This document shows positions 1-10,479 of a stretch of DNA of 64,000 nucleotides, in pieces (the stretch's first letter is position 1; each line of letters starts with the position of its first letter). Source of the stretch: Rubripirellula sp. (GTDB lineage: Bacteria > Planctomycetota > Planctomycetia > Pirellulales > Pirellulaceae). Under the pieces are notes generated by a model, which was not told where the DNA came from, ran no database searches, and saw nothing but the letters and a program-made list of their open reading frames with translations. A program made the translations under genes and the position numbers. Location: NCBI GenBank assembly GCA_965216875.1, contig OZ244207.1:4000001-4064000 (forward strand), given 5' to 3'.

Positions 1-1
1 C

Positions 2-1897
2 CCGTTCAAACCGATCGGTGAATCGACTGACCTGGCAACGAAGATCGACAAGATCGTTGGTGAACTGCCCAGTGGCAATTCCAACGTCGACGGGGGCGAA
101 GGATCGCCGCAGCTAAGTGTCGTGATCCTCACCGATGGCCAACACAACGAACAGCGCAAAGACACCATCACGCCAATGCACTTGGCACGCCTCCTTGGAC
201 GTCGCGGCATCCCCGTCTACCCGGTAGGATTCGGTTCGGCCAGTCCTCCGCCCGACTTAGCCGTCCTCGCAGTCCAAACCCCAGAAGCGGTCTTTGCCGA
301 TGACCGTGTCAAAGGCAAGCTCGTTGTGAAAGACAACATGCCCGCCGGTTCGCCTCTGCAACTGCGTATTGAAGTGGACGGGCAACAGGTTTGGAGCGAC
401 CAGCTGACGACGGACTCATCCAACTTGCGGGATGTTGAATTTGATTTCCCAATCAAACAGCTCGTCGAAAACCGCATGGCGGGTTCGCTTCGCGATGTGG
501 CCGCCGTCTCGCTACCACTCTCGTTGAAGGTCACCGCAGAGCCGCTCGAAGGTGAAATCCGCGACGACAACAATACTCGCGAGGCGAGTGTCCGCGCCAT
601 CACGCGCCCGCGTAGCGTGCTACTTGTCGATTCACGTCCACGTTGGGAATTCCGCTACCTACGCAACCTTCTTGAGCGAGATGAGCATTGGTTTGTCAAC
701 GACATCATGATTGATCAAGTTGACGGACGCATGCGAATGCCACGTGGTGAATCAACTGGGTCCTTTCCGAATTCGCTCAAGCGTCTTTTCACTTATGACG
801 TGATCGTCATTGGCGACGTCCCCGCTGGCGTATTTCGCGACGAAGAACTTCAATGGATTCACCAATTCGTCGGAAGCAATGGTGGAGGCCTGCTGTTTCT
901 TGACGGCCAACGTGGCAAACAACGCTCCTTCGCCAGCTCCGAACTCAAGTCACTCCTTCCCATCCAATGGAAGAAGGGGCGGGGAATGTGGAAACCAAAG
1001 TTGTCATTGACGCCGCGCGGGATGTCGACACCTGCACTTGCTTTCTCGGGCGACTCGGACGAAAGCACTTTGAAATGGAACATGCTTCCCTCGCCGCGCT
1101 GGATGGCCGAGGTCGAAGCATTGCCGGGATGCGAAGCTCTTGTGCAAGGCGACTCAGGGCCACGTGGTCCCAAGAACCCGCCCAAGCAAGGTCCCGGCTT
1201 GGTCGTTCGTCGCTATGGCGCAGGCACCGTTCTTTACAGCGGTTTTGACGAATCGTGGCGATGGCGTTTCGAAGTAGGCGATGAATACCACGCCGCCTAT
1301 TGGAACCAGATCATCTCCTTCGTGATGGAATCGCCGTTTGCGATTCATGACCGCTACGTTTCCATCGACACCGGTGGTTTTAGCTACCAACCTGGCGACG
1401 CCGCAGACATCAAAATCCGCATCCGCGATGAGAATGGACAACCGATTGTCAACGCCGTCGCCGATGTCCAGCTCTACCAGGACGGCGAGGTCGTTGCGAC
1501 GCTACCGCTTGTTGGCGGCATGGAAAGTGGCGGAGTCTTTCGAGCGCAGACACAGCCACTTCAACCGGGCGCCTATCAGGTCGGTGTCACCTCATCCGCA
1601 CTCAACGCCGCCTCCAAGGATGTTCGTGCCGAGTTCATCGTGTTTGGCGAAGCTTCGGGAGAACTTGATGTGCTGTATTGCCACGAGGCATTGTTGCGGC
1701 AGATGGCCGAAAAATCGGGCGGACAATACCTGCGAGAAGAGGACATTGGACGGCTTCCTGAAATCCTTGCTTCTGAAGCAAGCCGAAAAGAAAAAACACG
1801 TGAACTCGTGGTTTGGCGCAGCTGGTATTGGTTTGTGCCACTGATCGGATTGTTCACAATGGAATGGTTGATTCGTAAACGATTGGGCATGATGTAG
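2..1897 (+). CDS. VWA + glutamine-amidotransferase-like domain membrane protein (5'-truncated by window edge)
   Basis: Frame is open from position 2 (PFKPIGESTDL...VVILTDG, VWA-like). Contains PRWEFRYLRNLL, YDVIVIGDV, GGGLLF, RYGAG...ESWRWR and a C-terminal TM ending EWLIRKRLGMM, typical of PVC MoxR/BatA-cluster proteins. Confidence 0.75.
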   Translation, partial: PFKPIGESTDLATKIDKIVGELPSGNSNVDGGEGSPQLSVVILTDGQHNEQRKDTITPMHLARLLGRRGIPVYPVGFGSASPPPDLAVLAVQTPEAVFADDRVKGKLVVKDNMPAGSPLQLRIEVDGQQVWSDQLTTDSSNLRDVEFDFPIKQLVENRMAGSLRDVAAVSLPLSLKVTAEPLEGEIRDDNNTREASVRAITRPRSVLLVDSRPRWEFRYLRNLLERDEHWFVNDIMIDQVDGRMRMPRGESTGSFPNSLKRLFTYDVIVIGDVPAGVFRDEELQWIHQFVGSNGGGLLFLDGQRGKQRSFASSELKSLLPIQWKKGRGMWKPKLSLTPRGMSTPALAFSGDSDESTLKWNMLPSPRWMAEVEALPGCEALVQGDSGPRGPKNPPKQGPGLVVRRYGAGTVLYSGFDESWRWRFEVGDEYHAAYWNQIISFVMESPFAIHDRYVSIDTGGFSYQPGDAADIKIRIRDENGQPIVNAVADVQLYQDGEVVATLPLVGGMESGGVFRAQTQPLQPGAYQVGVTSSALNAASKDVRAEFIVFGEASGELDVLYCHEALLRQMAEKSGGQYLREEDIGRLPEILASEASRKEKTRELVVWRSWYWFVPLIGLFTMEWLIRKRLGMM

Positions 1898-1909
1898 GCG
1901 ACGGAACTG

Positions 1910-4900
1910 ATGAGCAATCAACTCAACCCAAGCGTGCTTCGCAAACTCGACGACTTTCAAAGCCGACGACGACAGCTGATCGTCTCGCGCGGAATCTGTG
2001 CGGGCGTGGTCTGCACGGTGGCGGTGCTAATCGTCGTCGCGTTGGCCGACTGGCTTGTCTACCTTTCGGATCCGCTGCGCTGGTTTCTTAGCTTGGCCGC
2101 CTACGCTGCCATCGGCACCGCGATCTGGATGACCTGCGTGCGACTGCTGCTGCAAAACCAAAACTCATCACAGACCGCCAAACTTGTTGAACAAGCCGAT
2201 CCGTCGCTTCGCGAAGACTTGGTCTCGGCCGTCGAACTGTCCGATCCTGATGCCGAACGCCCCTGGCATTCCGTCGCGTTCCGATCGGTGCTTCAACAAG
2301 ATGTTTCCGAGCGAATGAGCGGGGTGCGCGTTGAGTCGCTGTTGCCGTGGGCAATGATTCGTCGCTGGTTGAACGTCGCATTGGCGGCGATGATCGTACT
2401 GCTGATCCTGCTTAGCATTCCAAGCTTGCAGTTCGGACGTCGCGTGACGCGAGCCATGTTGCCGATGGCCGATATCGATCGCGTTTCATTGACGCGCGTT
2501 GAAATCCTTGCACCCAACCCACCCGACGCTTCGGTGGCAACGGGAGATCAAGTTGACATTCAAGTTCGCATCGGCGGTCCGTCGCCCAGTGATACCGTCA
2601 CGCTCGAAACGACCAAAGAGGGTGGCGAACCCACGCACACCGCGATGACACCGGTGCCTGGGCAATCGCGCACTTATCAAGCTCAGGTGCGCATGGGGCC
2701 GCAATCGATTCAGTACCGCATTCTTGCCAACGACACTCGCACCAACACGCACGTACTGACGTCCCGCGAACGACCACAGGTGGTCTCATTCACCAAGACG
2801 TTTCGATTTCCCGATTACCTCAACCGAAAACCGCTCATCGAAACTGACACGCTCGGTGACTTGGTCGCATTAGAAGGCACCGAGGTCGACTTGGTGATCG
2901 ATGTCAATCAACCCGTTGACGTTGCCAACCTGGTGATCAGCACGACACTGGGTGATTCCACGTTGCCGATGAAGCAGACAGCGGGAACCGAAAGTGCCCC
3001 CAATCGCATGCAAGCGACCATCCCGATCAACGCGACGGGAACCTACAAGATCCATTTGGTCGGCTCAAAGTCAAAATTAGAAAACAAGTTCAGTCCCGAG
3101 TATGTCATCGGCGCCGATCCTGACAAACCGCCCACCGTTCGACTCGAACAACCGCCGCCGGCAATCTTGATTCCTTCCGATGAGATCGTCTCGATCAAAG
3201 GGGTTGCCGAGGACGACTGGGCGCTCGACCGAGTCGAACAGTTGATTCGCGTCGGCGACGCCGATTGGCAAGTCGTGAAAACGTTCCAGCCTGATCAAGC
3301 GACCGCCCAATGGGAACTCGAACAAGCTTGGGACCTTTATCCGCTCAAGCTTGCTCCCGGAAACGTCGCGTTCACCAAGCTCGTTGCCATCGACAAGAAG
3401 GGAGGCCGCGGCGAAAGCCAGACGGTGCGCGCGGTCATCAGTTCACACGAATTTGATCCGCAGCGTTGGAATGCACTCACACTGGCTCGCGCGGCGCACG
3501 ACAAACTTGTTGAGCTCCAAGCCGCCTCGGAAGTGCTCAAACGTGTTGTCGGTTCTTACGGTGGCGACAACGATCTTCCTGGTGCCCTTCAAGCCGCAGC
3601 CAACTGTGACGCGAAAGCGGGCGAGGCAATGTCGGCAATCGAGGCGGCGACAGCGGCCTCGCTCGGCGGTCGTGACGCAATCGATCTGGTGAGCGTAGGG
3701 CAATCGATCGCGCGAGCTTCTAACGTCGGCACCGGATTCGTACGCGAACATTTGGCGACGGACGATCGAGACGCAGCAAAGACGGCCGCTAACTTCGTGC
3801 ATTCGCGAGTCTCGGGTGCGTCCGATGCATTCGACCATCTACTGCGACTCTCGGAAACGGCCGCAGTCGCAAGTGACCTGTTGGCACTGCAAAAGATGCA
3901 CGGCACCGCGTTATCACGCCTCGACCAAGGCGGCCCCGAGCGACTGATGCACCGCATGCAAGCCATCGCCGGCGAAGCCGCGATCATGGCATCGATGGTC
4001 GACGCCATGTCAAAGCATGCCGACGCGACCGAATCGCGCGTGCTCGAACAAGTCGCCATCGACTTGCGGCAACTCGAATCGGCCGGTCTCGGAAATATCG
4101 ATCGCAGCGCTGTTGAATCGATTGAGCGTCCACTCGAAACGGCCTCCGAAAACGCGATGTCACTCTTCCGCGACACGCTTCTCGCCTCCGTCAACCCTCG
4201 AAAACAACTCTCCAAAGTCGCTGGCGATAGCGACACCGTTGCCGCGCGAATCGTCAATTTCACAACCAAGCGTCTCGGCGCTGCCGACGACGACCAAGCC
4301 AAAGCGGACCAGCTTGCCGCGGCTGCTTACGACGCCGCGATTGCAAACCTCATGACGATCGCATCCCTTCAACAGGCTCGACCCGACACCGACGCTGGCT
4401 ATGTCGCCGACTCGGCGCGCGCTTGGCGCGCACTGGAATCGGTCCGCACCCGGATCGAATTGGGGCAGCTTCCTGCGTCCGACGAACCGGCAGCCGTGCA
4501 GAACATTGTCGAGTCTCTTGAAGTGATCAACATCGTCCACCAGCTTGACGATTTGATCGGCGTTGTTTCCACCATGGCGACACGCGACGCCAAACCGCGC
4601 ATTCAATTGACCGACTCGGAACAAACCTCCGAAACCATGGTCAGCCCGAGTGACTGGTTCAGTGCCGAAAACCAGTACGAGCATCTCGGCAATCGGCTCG
4701 CCGCATCGGATTTGCCCAAAGAGGCGGGTAGCGCCATCTCAAAAACGCGCCGCAGCAACGATTACCTCGCCGTCCGCAAGGAGATGATCGCACGTCCGAA
4801 ATTGGGCCGACCGATCGTCGCCAAGACCGAGGAACTCAAACGGCTGCTCGCCGAACTCAAACGCGTGCGTGCACTTCTAGAAAATGACCTGGAACAAGCG

Positions 4901-7900
4901 CGTGACGCGATGATTCAGCTGGCACCAACGATCGACGAAATGATGGAACAGCTCGCCGATCAAGCTGCCGAAGACGCGGCCGACCTGGAGGCACTTGCCG
5001 ATCAAGAGCTTGCCGATGCCGAACTCGCCGAAGAAATCGCAAAACAACTTGCCGAGCTCGAAGAGCTCGAGCAACAGATGGATCGGTTGCGAGACGCGCT
5101 CCGCGAAGACGCCAACGAACAAGAAGTGTTCAATCAAGAAGGCCGCGAACGCATGCGTGACAACGATGCCGCTTTGGCCATGCTTGAAGATCAACCCGCC
5201 CAACAACAGCAATTGCTTGAGGAAGCGGCCAGCGTCGAGGGTGAACCGCAACGCGATGCACTTGAGCAAGCTGCCGATCGCCAAGCTGAGTTGGCGAATG
5301 AGCTGCAACAACTTGCCGAGCACTATGAGAACTTGCGTGAAGGCGATGCCGACGAGTCAAGGCAACGCTTACGCGATGCCGAGCAGGAGCTGGGAATCCG
5401 AGAACAGCTCGAAGCGAGACAGCAAGAGATGGAACGGCTCGCCGAACTCGCAGAGCTTTCCGCGGAAGAAGCCATCGACGAGCTGGAACAGGAGCTTCAA
5501 GAAAACGAAGCGATGCAACGTCAGCTCGACGCAATCACACAGCGTCAGATGCAACAAGCACAATCGAATCTTGCCAATGCCGAAGCGCAGCAACAACAGG
5601 TCGCTGAAACCGCACAGCGAATGGCAGACGCACCTCAGCGCTGGCAAGACGAACTGACGCAACTGCAGCAGGATGCCCGCGAACTGGCGGAACAAGAAGT
5701 CGCGCAAGCCGAAGAGGCTGTCGAGCAGGCAATCGAAAACGACCAACCGGTTGGCGAGCAAGACAAAGCGGCCGACGCTATCGACCAGGCACGACAACAA
5801 CTTCAAGAAGCCGCCCAACAAGCGGAGCAGGGCGCACGAGATGCAAACGACGGTGGTGAGATCGCCGAAGCGGCGCGCCAAGCCGCACAGTCTGCCCGCC
5901 AAGCTGCCAATGAACTGCGTGAGGCCGAAGAGCAAACCAACGACTCAAACGAGCCTTCGCCCGCGGCGGACGAAACGCGACAGGCCGCCGAGCAAGCCGA
6001 GCAGTTGGCCGATCGTGCGGAGCAGCTCGCCCGTCAAATCAGCCAAGGCCAACAGCAACTCCAGCAAGGTGCCGAACGCAGTTTGGCGAACAGCCGTCGA
6101 CAGCAACAAGTCGCTGACCGCTTGGATGCAGCCCAACAAAGCCTCCGCCAAGCATCACGCAACGAGCGCAGGCGAGGTCGTGAGGATTCGGCGGATCAAC
6201 TGGAACAGATCGCGGACGAAACCGAAGCTGCCGCCGAAATGCTCGAACAAACGCGACAAGACGCTTCACAGTCAAACGGCCCAAGCGAACCTCAATCGCT
6301 CGAACAACTCGGCGATGACCTCGAGGAAGTGGAAGAAGCGATCACGCAAGCCGCCGACCAACTTGATGAAATGTTGGGAACGCAGCGCCGTGCCGATGGC
6401 CAACGGCAAACCCAACCGCCGCAAAACGGACAAGCAGATCGCCAGAACGAGCCAGGTCGCCAGAACGCGCCAGGTCGCCAGAACGCGCCGCAAAACCGAG
6501 ACGCCGCGCAAGCGGGTGACGCCCAACGCAACCAGGATGGCAACCAGGAAGCAGGCAACCAAAACCAACGCCAAGAAAACTCGGGCCGAGAAAACCAGTC
6601 ACCGCCTCAAGGCCAGCCGAACGCAGGCGAAGACCAAAACGTAAATCAAGAAGGTGGCCAGCCGCGAGAACAAAACGGCGAAAGCAATTTCTCGGACGAA
6701 GTGTCACGTGAACTCGCCCAGGCATTGAACGACCTGGATCGGCAAGTCAACGAACCGGCACCAAGGCAACCGCCAACTCCAGCTGAAGATGCCCAGGCCG
6801 GCAACGCACAACCTCCGGCCGACAACGCCCAACCTCAGCAAGGTGAATCTCAGGTTGGCAATCCGCCCAACGATCCAGCAGCTGAAGCGCCGATGCAGCC
6901 CAACGGCCAAGCCGATCAGCCGCCGGCCGACAACGCTCCGTCAGGGCAGCCGACCAGCCGACAATCACAACAAGGGCAAAACGAGCAAGGACAGCAAGCC
7001 GACGGCAATCCACCGCCTCAAGGGGGCGAGCAAGGTGAGCCTGCGCAGAACGGGCAAGCCGCTGGCAATCAAAACGGCCAAGAGACCGCGCAAGGCAATG
7101 AACCCCAGCAGGGTGAACCGAACGCAGGTCAGCAAGACAGCCAACAGGGTGCGCAAAGTCCGTCCGGCCAGCAAGAACAAAACGGGCAAGGCCAACAAGG
7201 ACAGCAGGGCGCGTCCCAGCAAGGCGGACAATCAGGTCAACAAGGCGAGCAAGGTCAGTCCGGCCAGCAAGGACAAAGCGGGCAAGGACAGCAAGGACAA
7301 CAGGGCGCGTCGCAGCAAGGCGGACAATCAGGGCAACAAGGCGAGCAAGGTCAGTCCGGTCAGCAAGGACAAAACGGACAAGGCCAACAAGGACAACAGG
7401 GCGCGTCGCAGCAAGGTGGACAATCGGGACAACAAGGGGCGCAAGGTCAGTCCGGTCAGCAAGGACAAAACGCTCAAGGACAACAGGACGCGTCGCAGCA
7501 AGGTGGACAATCAGGGCAACAAGGTGCGCAAGGTCAGTCCGGCCAGCAAGGACAGAGCGGACAAGGCCAGCAGGGTCAACAGGGCGCGTCGCAGCAAGGT
7601 GGACATTCGGGGCAACAAGGTGCGCAAGGTCAGTCCGGCCAGCAAGGACAAAGCGGCGGACAATCGGGACAACAAGGTGCGCAAGGTCAGTCCGGTCAGC
7701 AAGGACAAAGCGGGCAAGGCCAGCAAGGCGGTCAAGGTTCCTCAGGTGGTCAAGGCGGCTCGCCAAACTCAAGCCAAGGGCAAGCGAGCGGGGGAGGGCA
7801 GTCGGGTGGACAATCTGCGAACGTCGATCCGAACGGCCTCGACAACTCGCTGCCTCCTGACGCTCCGATGCAACCTGCGACAACGCCAACCGAGGAAGCG

Positions 7901-8212
7901 CTCGTGCAAGCGGCGCAATCCCTGTCACGCGATCACGCCCGCGGCCGGTGCCCACCGGGACGAAGCGGACCTCCGAGTCCGATGGGTGATGGCTATGCCT
8001 CGCTGCCAAGTGGCGCGCCGGCGGAGGCCGCGCCCGAGGACTTTGAACCGCTTCCGCCGCTCGAGGAAATGAAAGATGCCGATTGGGCAAAACTGCCGCC
8101 GAAGATTGCAAACGATCTGTTAAATGGTCGCCGTGAAAAGATATCGCCAGAGTATCGTCGCGCGATTGAAACCTACTTTCGCTTGATCGCCGAAACGTCG
8201 AGGGAAGAGTAA
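1910..8212 (+). CDS. Large DUF4175-like membrane-anchored coiled-coil protein with Gln/Gly-rich tail
   Basis: N-terminal TMs, L.E.L.SAVEL motif, Ig-like segment with D.PP.V and A.DD..L, long EQ-rich coiled coil, C-terminal WAKLP...PEYRRAIETYFR motif. Confidence 0.75.
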   Translation: MSNQLNPSVLRKLDDFQSRRRQLIVSRGICAGVVCTVAVLIVVALADWLVYLSDPLRWFLSLAAYAAIGTAIWMTCVRLLLQNQNSSQTAKLVEQADPSLREDLVSAVELSDPDAERPWHSVAFRSVLQQDVSERMSGVRVESLLPWAMIRRWLNVALAAMIVLLILLSIPSLQFGRRVTRAMLPMADIDRVSLTRVEILAPNPPDASVATGDQVDIQVRIGGPSPSDTVTLETTKEGGEPTHTAMTPVPGQSRTYQAQVRMGPQSIQYRILANDTRTNTHVLTSRERPQVVSFTKTFRFPDYLNRKPLIETDTLGDLVALEGTEVDLVIDVNQPVDVANLVISTTLGDSTLPMKQTAGTESAPNRMQATIPINATGTYKIHLVGSKSKLENKFSPEYVIGADPDKPPTVRLEQPPPAILIPSDEIVSIKGVAEDDWALDRVEQLIRVGDADWQVVKTFQPDQATAQWELEQAWDLYPLKLAPGNVAFTKLVAIDKKGGRGESQTVRAVISSHEFDPQRWNALTLARAAHDKLVELQAASEVLKRVVGSYGGDNDLPGALQAAANCDAKAGEAMSAIEAATAASLGGRDAIDLVSVGQSIARASNVGTGFVREHLATDDRDAAKTAANFVHSRVSGASDAFDHLLRLSETAAVASDLLALQKMHGTALSRLDQGGPERLMHRMQAIAGEAAIMASMVDAMSKHADATESRVLEQVAIDLRQLESAGLGNIDRSAVESIERPLETASENAMSLFRDTLLASVNPRKQLSKVAGDSDTVAARIVNFTTKRLGAADDDQAKADQLAAAAYDAAIANLMTIASLQQARPDTDAGYVADSARAWRALESVRTRIELGQLPASDEPAAVQNIVESLEVINIVHQLDDLIGVVSTMATRDAKPRIQLTDSEQTSETMVSPSDWFSAENQYEHLGNRLAASDLPKEAGSAISKTRRSNDYLAVRKEMIARPKLGRPIVAKTEELKRLLAELKRVRALLENDLEQARDAMIQLAPTIDEMMEQLADQAAEDAADLEALADQELADAELAEEIAKQLAELEELEQQMDRLRDALREDANEQEVFNQEGRERMRDNDAALAMLEDQPAQQQQLLEEAASVEGEPQRDALEQAADRQAELANELQQLAEHYENLREGDADESRQRLRDAEQELGIREQLEARQQEMERLAELAELSAEEAIDELEQELQENEAMQRQLDAITQRQMQQAQSNLANAEAQQQQVAETAQRMADAPQRWQDELTQLQQDARELAEQEVAQAEEAVEQAIENDQPVGEQDKAADAIDQARQQLQEAAQQAEQGARDANDGGEIAEAARQAAQSARQAANELREAEEQTNDSNEPSPAADETRQAAEQAEQLADRAEQLARQISQGQQQLQQGAERSLANSRRQQQVADRLDAAQQSLRQASRNERRRGREDSADQLEQIADETEAAAEMLEQTRQDASQSNGPSEPQSLEQLGDDLEEVEEAITQAADQLDEMLGTQRRADGQRQTQPPQNGQADRQNEPGRQNAPGRQNAPQNRDAAQAGDAQRNQDGNQEAGNQNQRQENSGRENQSPPQGQPNAGEDQNVNQEGGQPREQNGESNFSDEVSRELAQALNDLDRQVNEPAPRQPPTPAEDAQAGNAQPPADNAQPQQGESQVGNPPNDPAAEAPMQPNGQADQPPADNAPSGQPTSRQSQQGQNEQGQQADGNPPPQGGEQGEPAQNGQAAGNQNGQETAQGNEPQQGEPNAGQQDSQQGAQSPSGQQEQNGQGQQGQQGASQQGGQSGQQGEQGQSGQQGQSGQGQQGQQGASQQGGQSGQQGEQGQSGQQGQNGQGQQGQQGASQQGGQSGQQGAQGQSGQQGQNAQGQQDASQQGGQSGQQGAQGQSGQQGQSGQGQQGQQGASQQGGHSGQQGAQGQSGQQGQSGGQSGQQGAQGQSGQQGQSGQGQQGGQGSSGGQGGSPNSSQGQASGGGQSGGQSANVDPNGLDNSLPPDAPMQPATTPTEEALVQAAQSLSRDHARGRCPPGRSGPPSPMGDGYASLPSGAPAEAAPEDFEPLPPLEEMKDADWAKLPPKIANDLLNGRREKISPEYRRAIETYFRLIAETSREE
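7184..7740 (+). repeat. Intragenic tandem repeat, ~96 bp / 32 aa unit (GQGQQGQQGASQQGGQSGQQGEQGQSGQQGQS)
   Basis: Unit starts at 7184, 7280 and 7376, followed by shortened or variant units; synonymous divergence between copies. Confidence 0.9.
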
Positions 8213-9277
8213 ATGAAGATTCCCGTCATCTTGTGCTTCCTCGCGATCACAGCTGGCCTTTGCTTTGCCCCGGCAAACGCAACCGCGGACAATCCGTTTC
8301 AAAAAGACGAAGTGGATGCTGCGATTGCCGATGGCATCTCCTACCTCATGGGCGAACAGGTTGTTCAAGGTCGTCTGAGCGGAGCGATCATTGACGGCCA
8401 GAACCGCAGCAACCGGACGGCGATGACGGCGCTCGCGATCATGGCTATGGCTGCGGTCGGACATCAACCGACCGACCCGACTCCCGAAGGCGACACGATG
8501 CGCATGGCGCTCGACTTCGTGCTGCACCCCGACAATATTCAAGAAGACCAATACTTTGGAGCCGACGGATCGCGAATGTACGGTCACGGCATCATCACGT
8601 TGATGCTCGCCGAGATGCTGGGGATGGGAATTGACGATGAACAAGACGCGTTGATTCGCGAGCGTCTCGAGCGGGCAGTGGCGCTGATCCTGGCTTCCCA
8701 GCGTGTGCGGAAGGGCTACAAGCACTTGGGTGGTTGGCGTTACACGCCGAAAACCAAAGAATCGGATCTTTCAGTGAGCGTTTGGCAAGTGATGGCACTT
8801 CGCTCTGCAAAGAACGCCGGTCTTCCCGTCCCCAAAGAGTCGATCGATCTCGCCATTGAATACATCCGCCGTTGTTACCATGACGGTCAGGGTGGGTTTG
8901 GTTACCAACCAGGCCGACCGCCCGACTATGCGATGGTGGCCGCCGGTGTGCTTTCAATGCAAGTCTGTGGTGCCTATGACGCCGAAGAGGTTTTGACGGC
9001 TGCCGATTGGCTGCACCAACGCGAACTCGACAGCAACAAGAATTGGTTCTTCTACGGCAGCTATTACTATGCCCAAGGGATGTACCAACGTGGCGGACGC
9101 TATTCGGATCGAGCGCGAGGGCGTGTCGAAGACTTGATGCTAAGGATCCAGCATGATGGCGGCTATTGGGCAGCAGTCGGCGGGCAAGAACGTTCGGCCG
9201 GCCGTATCTACGCAACCTCGATGGCCATCCTCAGCCTGTCGGTCAAGTATCACTATCTGCCAATCTACCAGCGATAG
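8213..9277 (+). CDS. Prenyltransferase/squalene oxidase repeat protein (secreted)
   Basis: Signal peptide; MYGHGIITL.LAE, GGWRY.P...SDLSVS.WQ.MALRSA, GGFGY and YATSMA.L motifs. ATG directly follows the upstream TAA. Confidence 0.8.
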   Translation: MKIPVILCFLAITAGLCFAPANATADNPFQKDEVDAAIADGISYLMGEQVVQGRLSGAIIDGQNRSNRTAMTALAIMAMAAVGHQPTDPTPEGDTMRMALDFVLHPDNIQEDQYFGADGSRMYGHGIITLMLAEMLGMGIDDEQDALIRERLERAVALILASQRVRKGYKHLGGWRYTPKTKESDLSVSVWQVMALRSAKNAGLPVPKESIDLAIEYIRRCYHDGQGGFGYQPGRPPDYAMVAAGVLSMQVCGAYDAEEVLTAADWLHQRELDSNKNWFFYGSYYYAQGMYQRGGRYSDRARGRVEDLMLRIQHDGGYWAAVGGQERSAGRIYATSMAILSLSVKYHYLPIYQR

Positions 9278-10345
9278 TCACTCCAGCTCCAACCGAAGCG
9301 CATCGATGCGCACGAGTGTTGGCACTTGGACGTCGAGCATCATCAGATCGACAAAGCGCATCGATTCCAGATTGAGCTCGCGATCATCGGGCCCGTCAAT
9401 CAACGCCTGACGAGGAATCGAAACACGCACGGATTCGCCGGGTCCCAAATCCCACTGCTTGCGAAACGTATCCTCATGTTTGCCGTTGTGGTCGCTGTCA
9501 GTCACTTTCAACATGAAGGTGGCCTGTGGCAAGTCATGACTTGCATCCAGCGTCACATCGACACAGAGCGACTTGACCTGAGACCAATCAGGGATCATTT
9601 CCACAAGTGTCGCCGACGGATACTCACCCGGTTCGTAAAGCACTTCCATCGAGTACTTGCCGGTGGTTGCGTCTTGCTTCGAGCGTCGCGGTTGACAACC
9701 ACGAAAGAAAAACCGCTGGAATTCGGTTTCCGTTTCGAACGAAGCCAACATCGGAAACTGCGTGTACTTGGCCGCGACGTCCAGCAACATGGCCACGGGG
9801 CCCCACCAAGCCACAACCAGCAACACGCAAGTCGCCAATCGCAATGTCCTCGGCAAGGACTTTTCACCAGGGCGTTGTTTTCGAACCAACATCGCCCAAT
9901 ACCAAAACAGTGCCGCGGTGATTCCCAATCCGTTGGCAACTGCATCGTGGATCGCAAAGCTTCGTCCACTGTAGGCTTGCGCGAATTCAATCCCAACGCC
10001 AAACAAGAACAACGCCATCCCGACCACGACCGAACGAACGACAAAAGCTCCGTCAGCGAACGATTGGCCGTCCATCGACAGGTCCGGTTCACTCGCGGGA
10101 GTGCTGACATCGATTGGCCAGACAAAGTTCCAAAGCAAGAGCACGCCCAAGGTCATCCCGCCGAAAAGGGGAGCGTGCATCAGATCGCCTAAAGCAACGG
10201 CCGCTCGACCACCAAACGGAATCGGGATCAGCAGGCCAGCGATCACGAACACAAGCGCTGTACCAGCAATCACCAGCGCACGGCGGAACCGACTGGGATA
10301 GGGAGGCGTTAGGTCGGCATCGGTTTCCAAACGTCGTTTTTCCAT
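9278..10345 (-). CDS. VanZ-family membrane protein with C-terminal beta-sandwich domain
   Basis: D..HAPLF, IE..Q...GR......D...N..G VanZ signature; several TMs. Start taken at MEKRR. Confidence 0.7.
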   Translation of the reverse strand: MEKRRLETDADLTPPYPSRFRRALVIAGTALVFVIAGLLIPIPFGGRAAVALGDLMHAPLFGGMTLGVLLLWNFVWPIDVSTPASEPDLSMDGQSFADGAFVVRSVVVGMALFLFGVGIEFAQAYSGRSFAIHDAVANGLGITAALFWYWAMLVRKQRPGEKSLPRTLRLATCVLLVVAWWGPVAMLLDVAAKYTQFPMLASFETETEFQRFFFRGCQPRRSKQDATTGKYSMEVLYEPGEYPSATLVEMIPDWSQVKSLCVDVTLDASHDLPQATFMLKVTDSDHNGKHEDTFRKQWDLGPGESVRVSIPRQALIDGPDDRELNLESMRFVDLMMLDVQVPTLVRIDALRLELE

Positions 10346-10479
10346 CAACCTCGGCAGCAAATCATGTTAACAATGAACGATTCTCGCCTCTTGCCGCCTT
10401 CGTCAGGTTTGGCAGCGTACACGATTCTGTACAATCTGCCGATCCTTCATCCAACCAACTGAATCAGATCGAGAATTCA

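Noticed and set aside
7184..7740. Regular repeats as a possible CRISPR array
   Set aside because: In-frame coding repeats without unique spacers; no cas genes.
6747..8111. Long antisense and alternative-frame ORFs (454 aa, 427 aa) with repeats
   Set aside because: Shadows of the GQ repeat in the real + strand gene.
10114..10479. Extended ArsC N-terminus
   Set aside because: Overlaps the divergent VanZ gene; the family domain begins at MARRVLILC.
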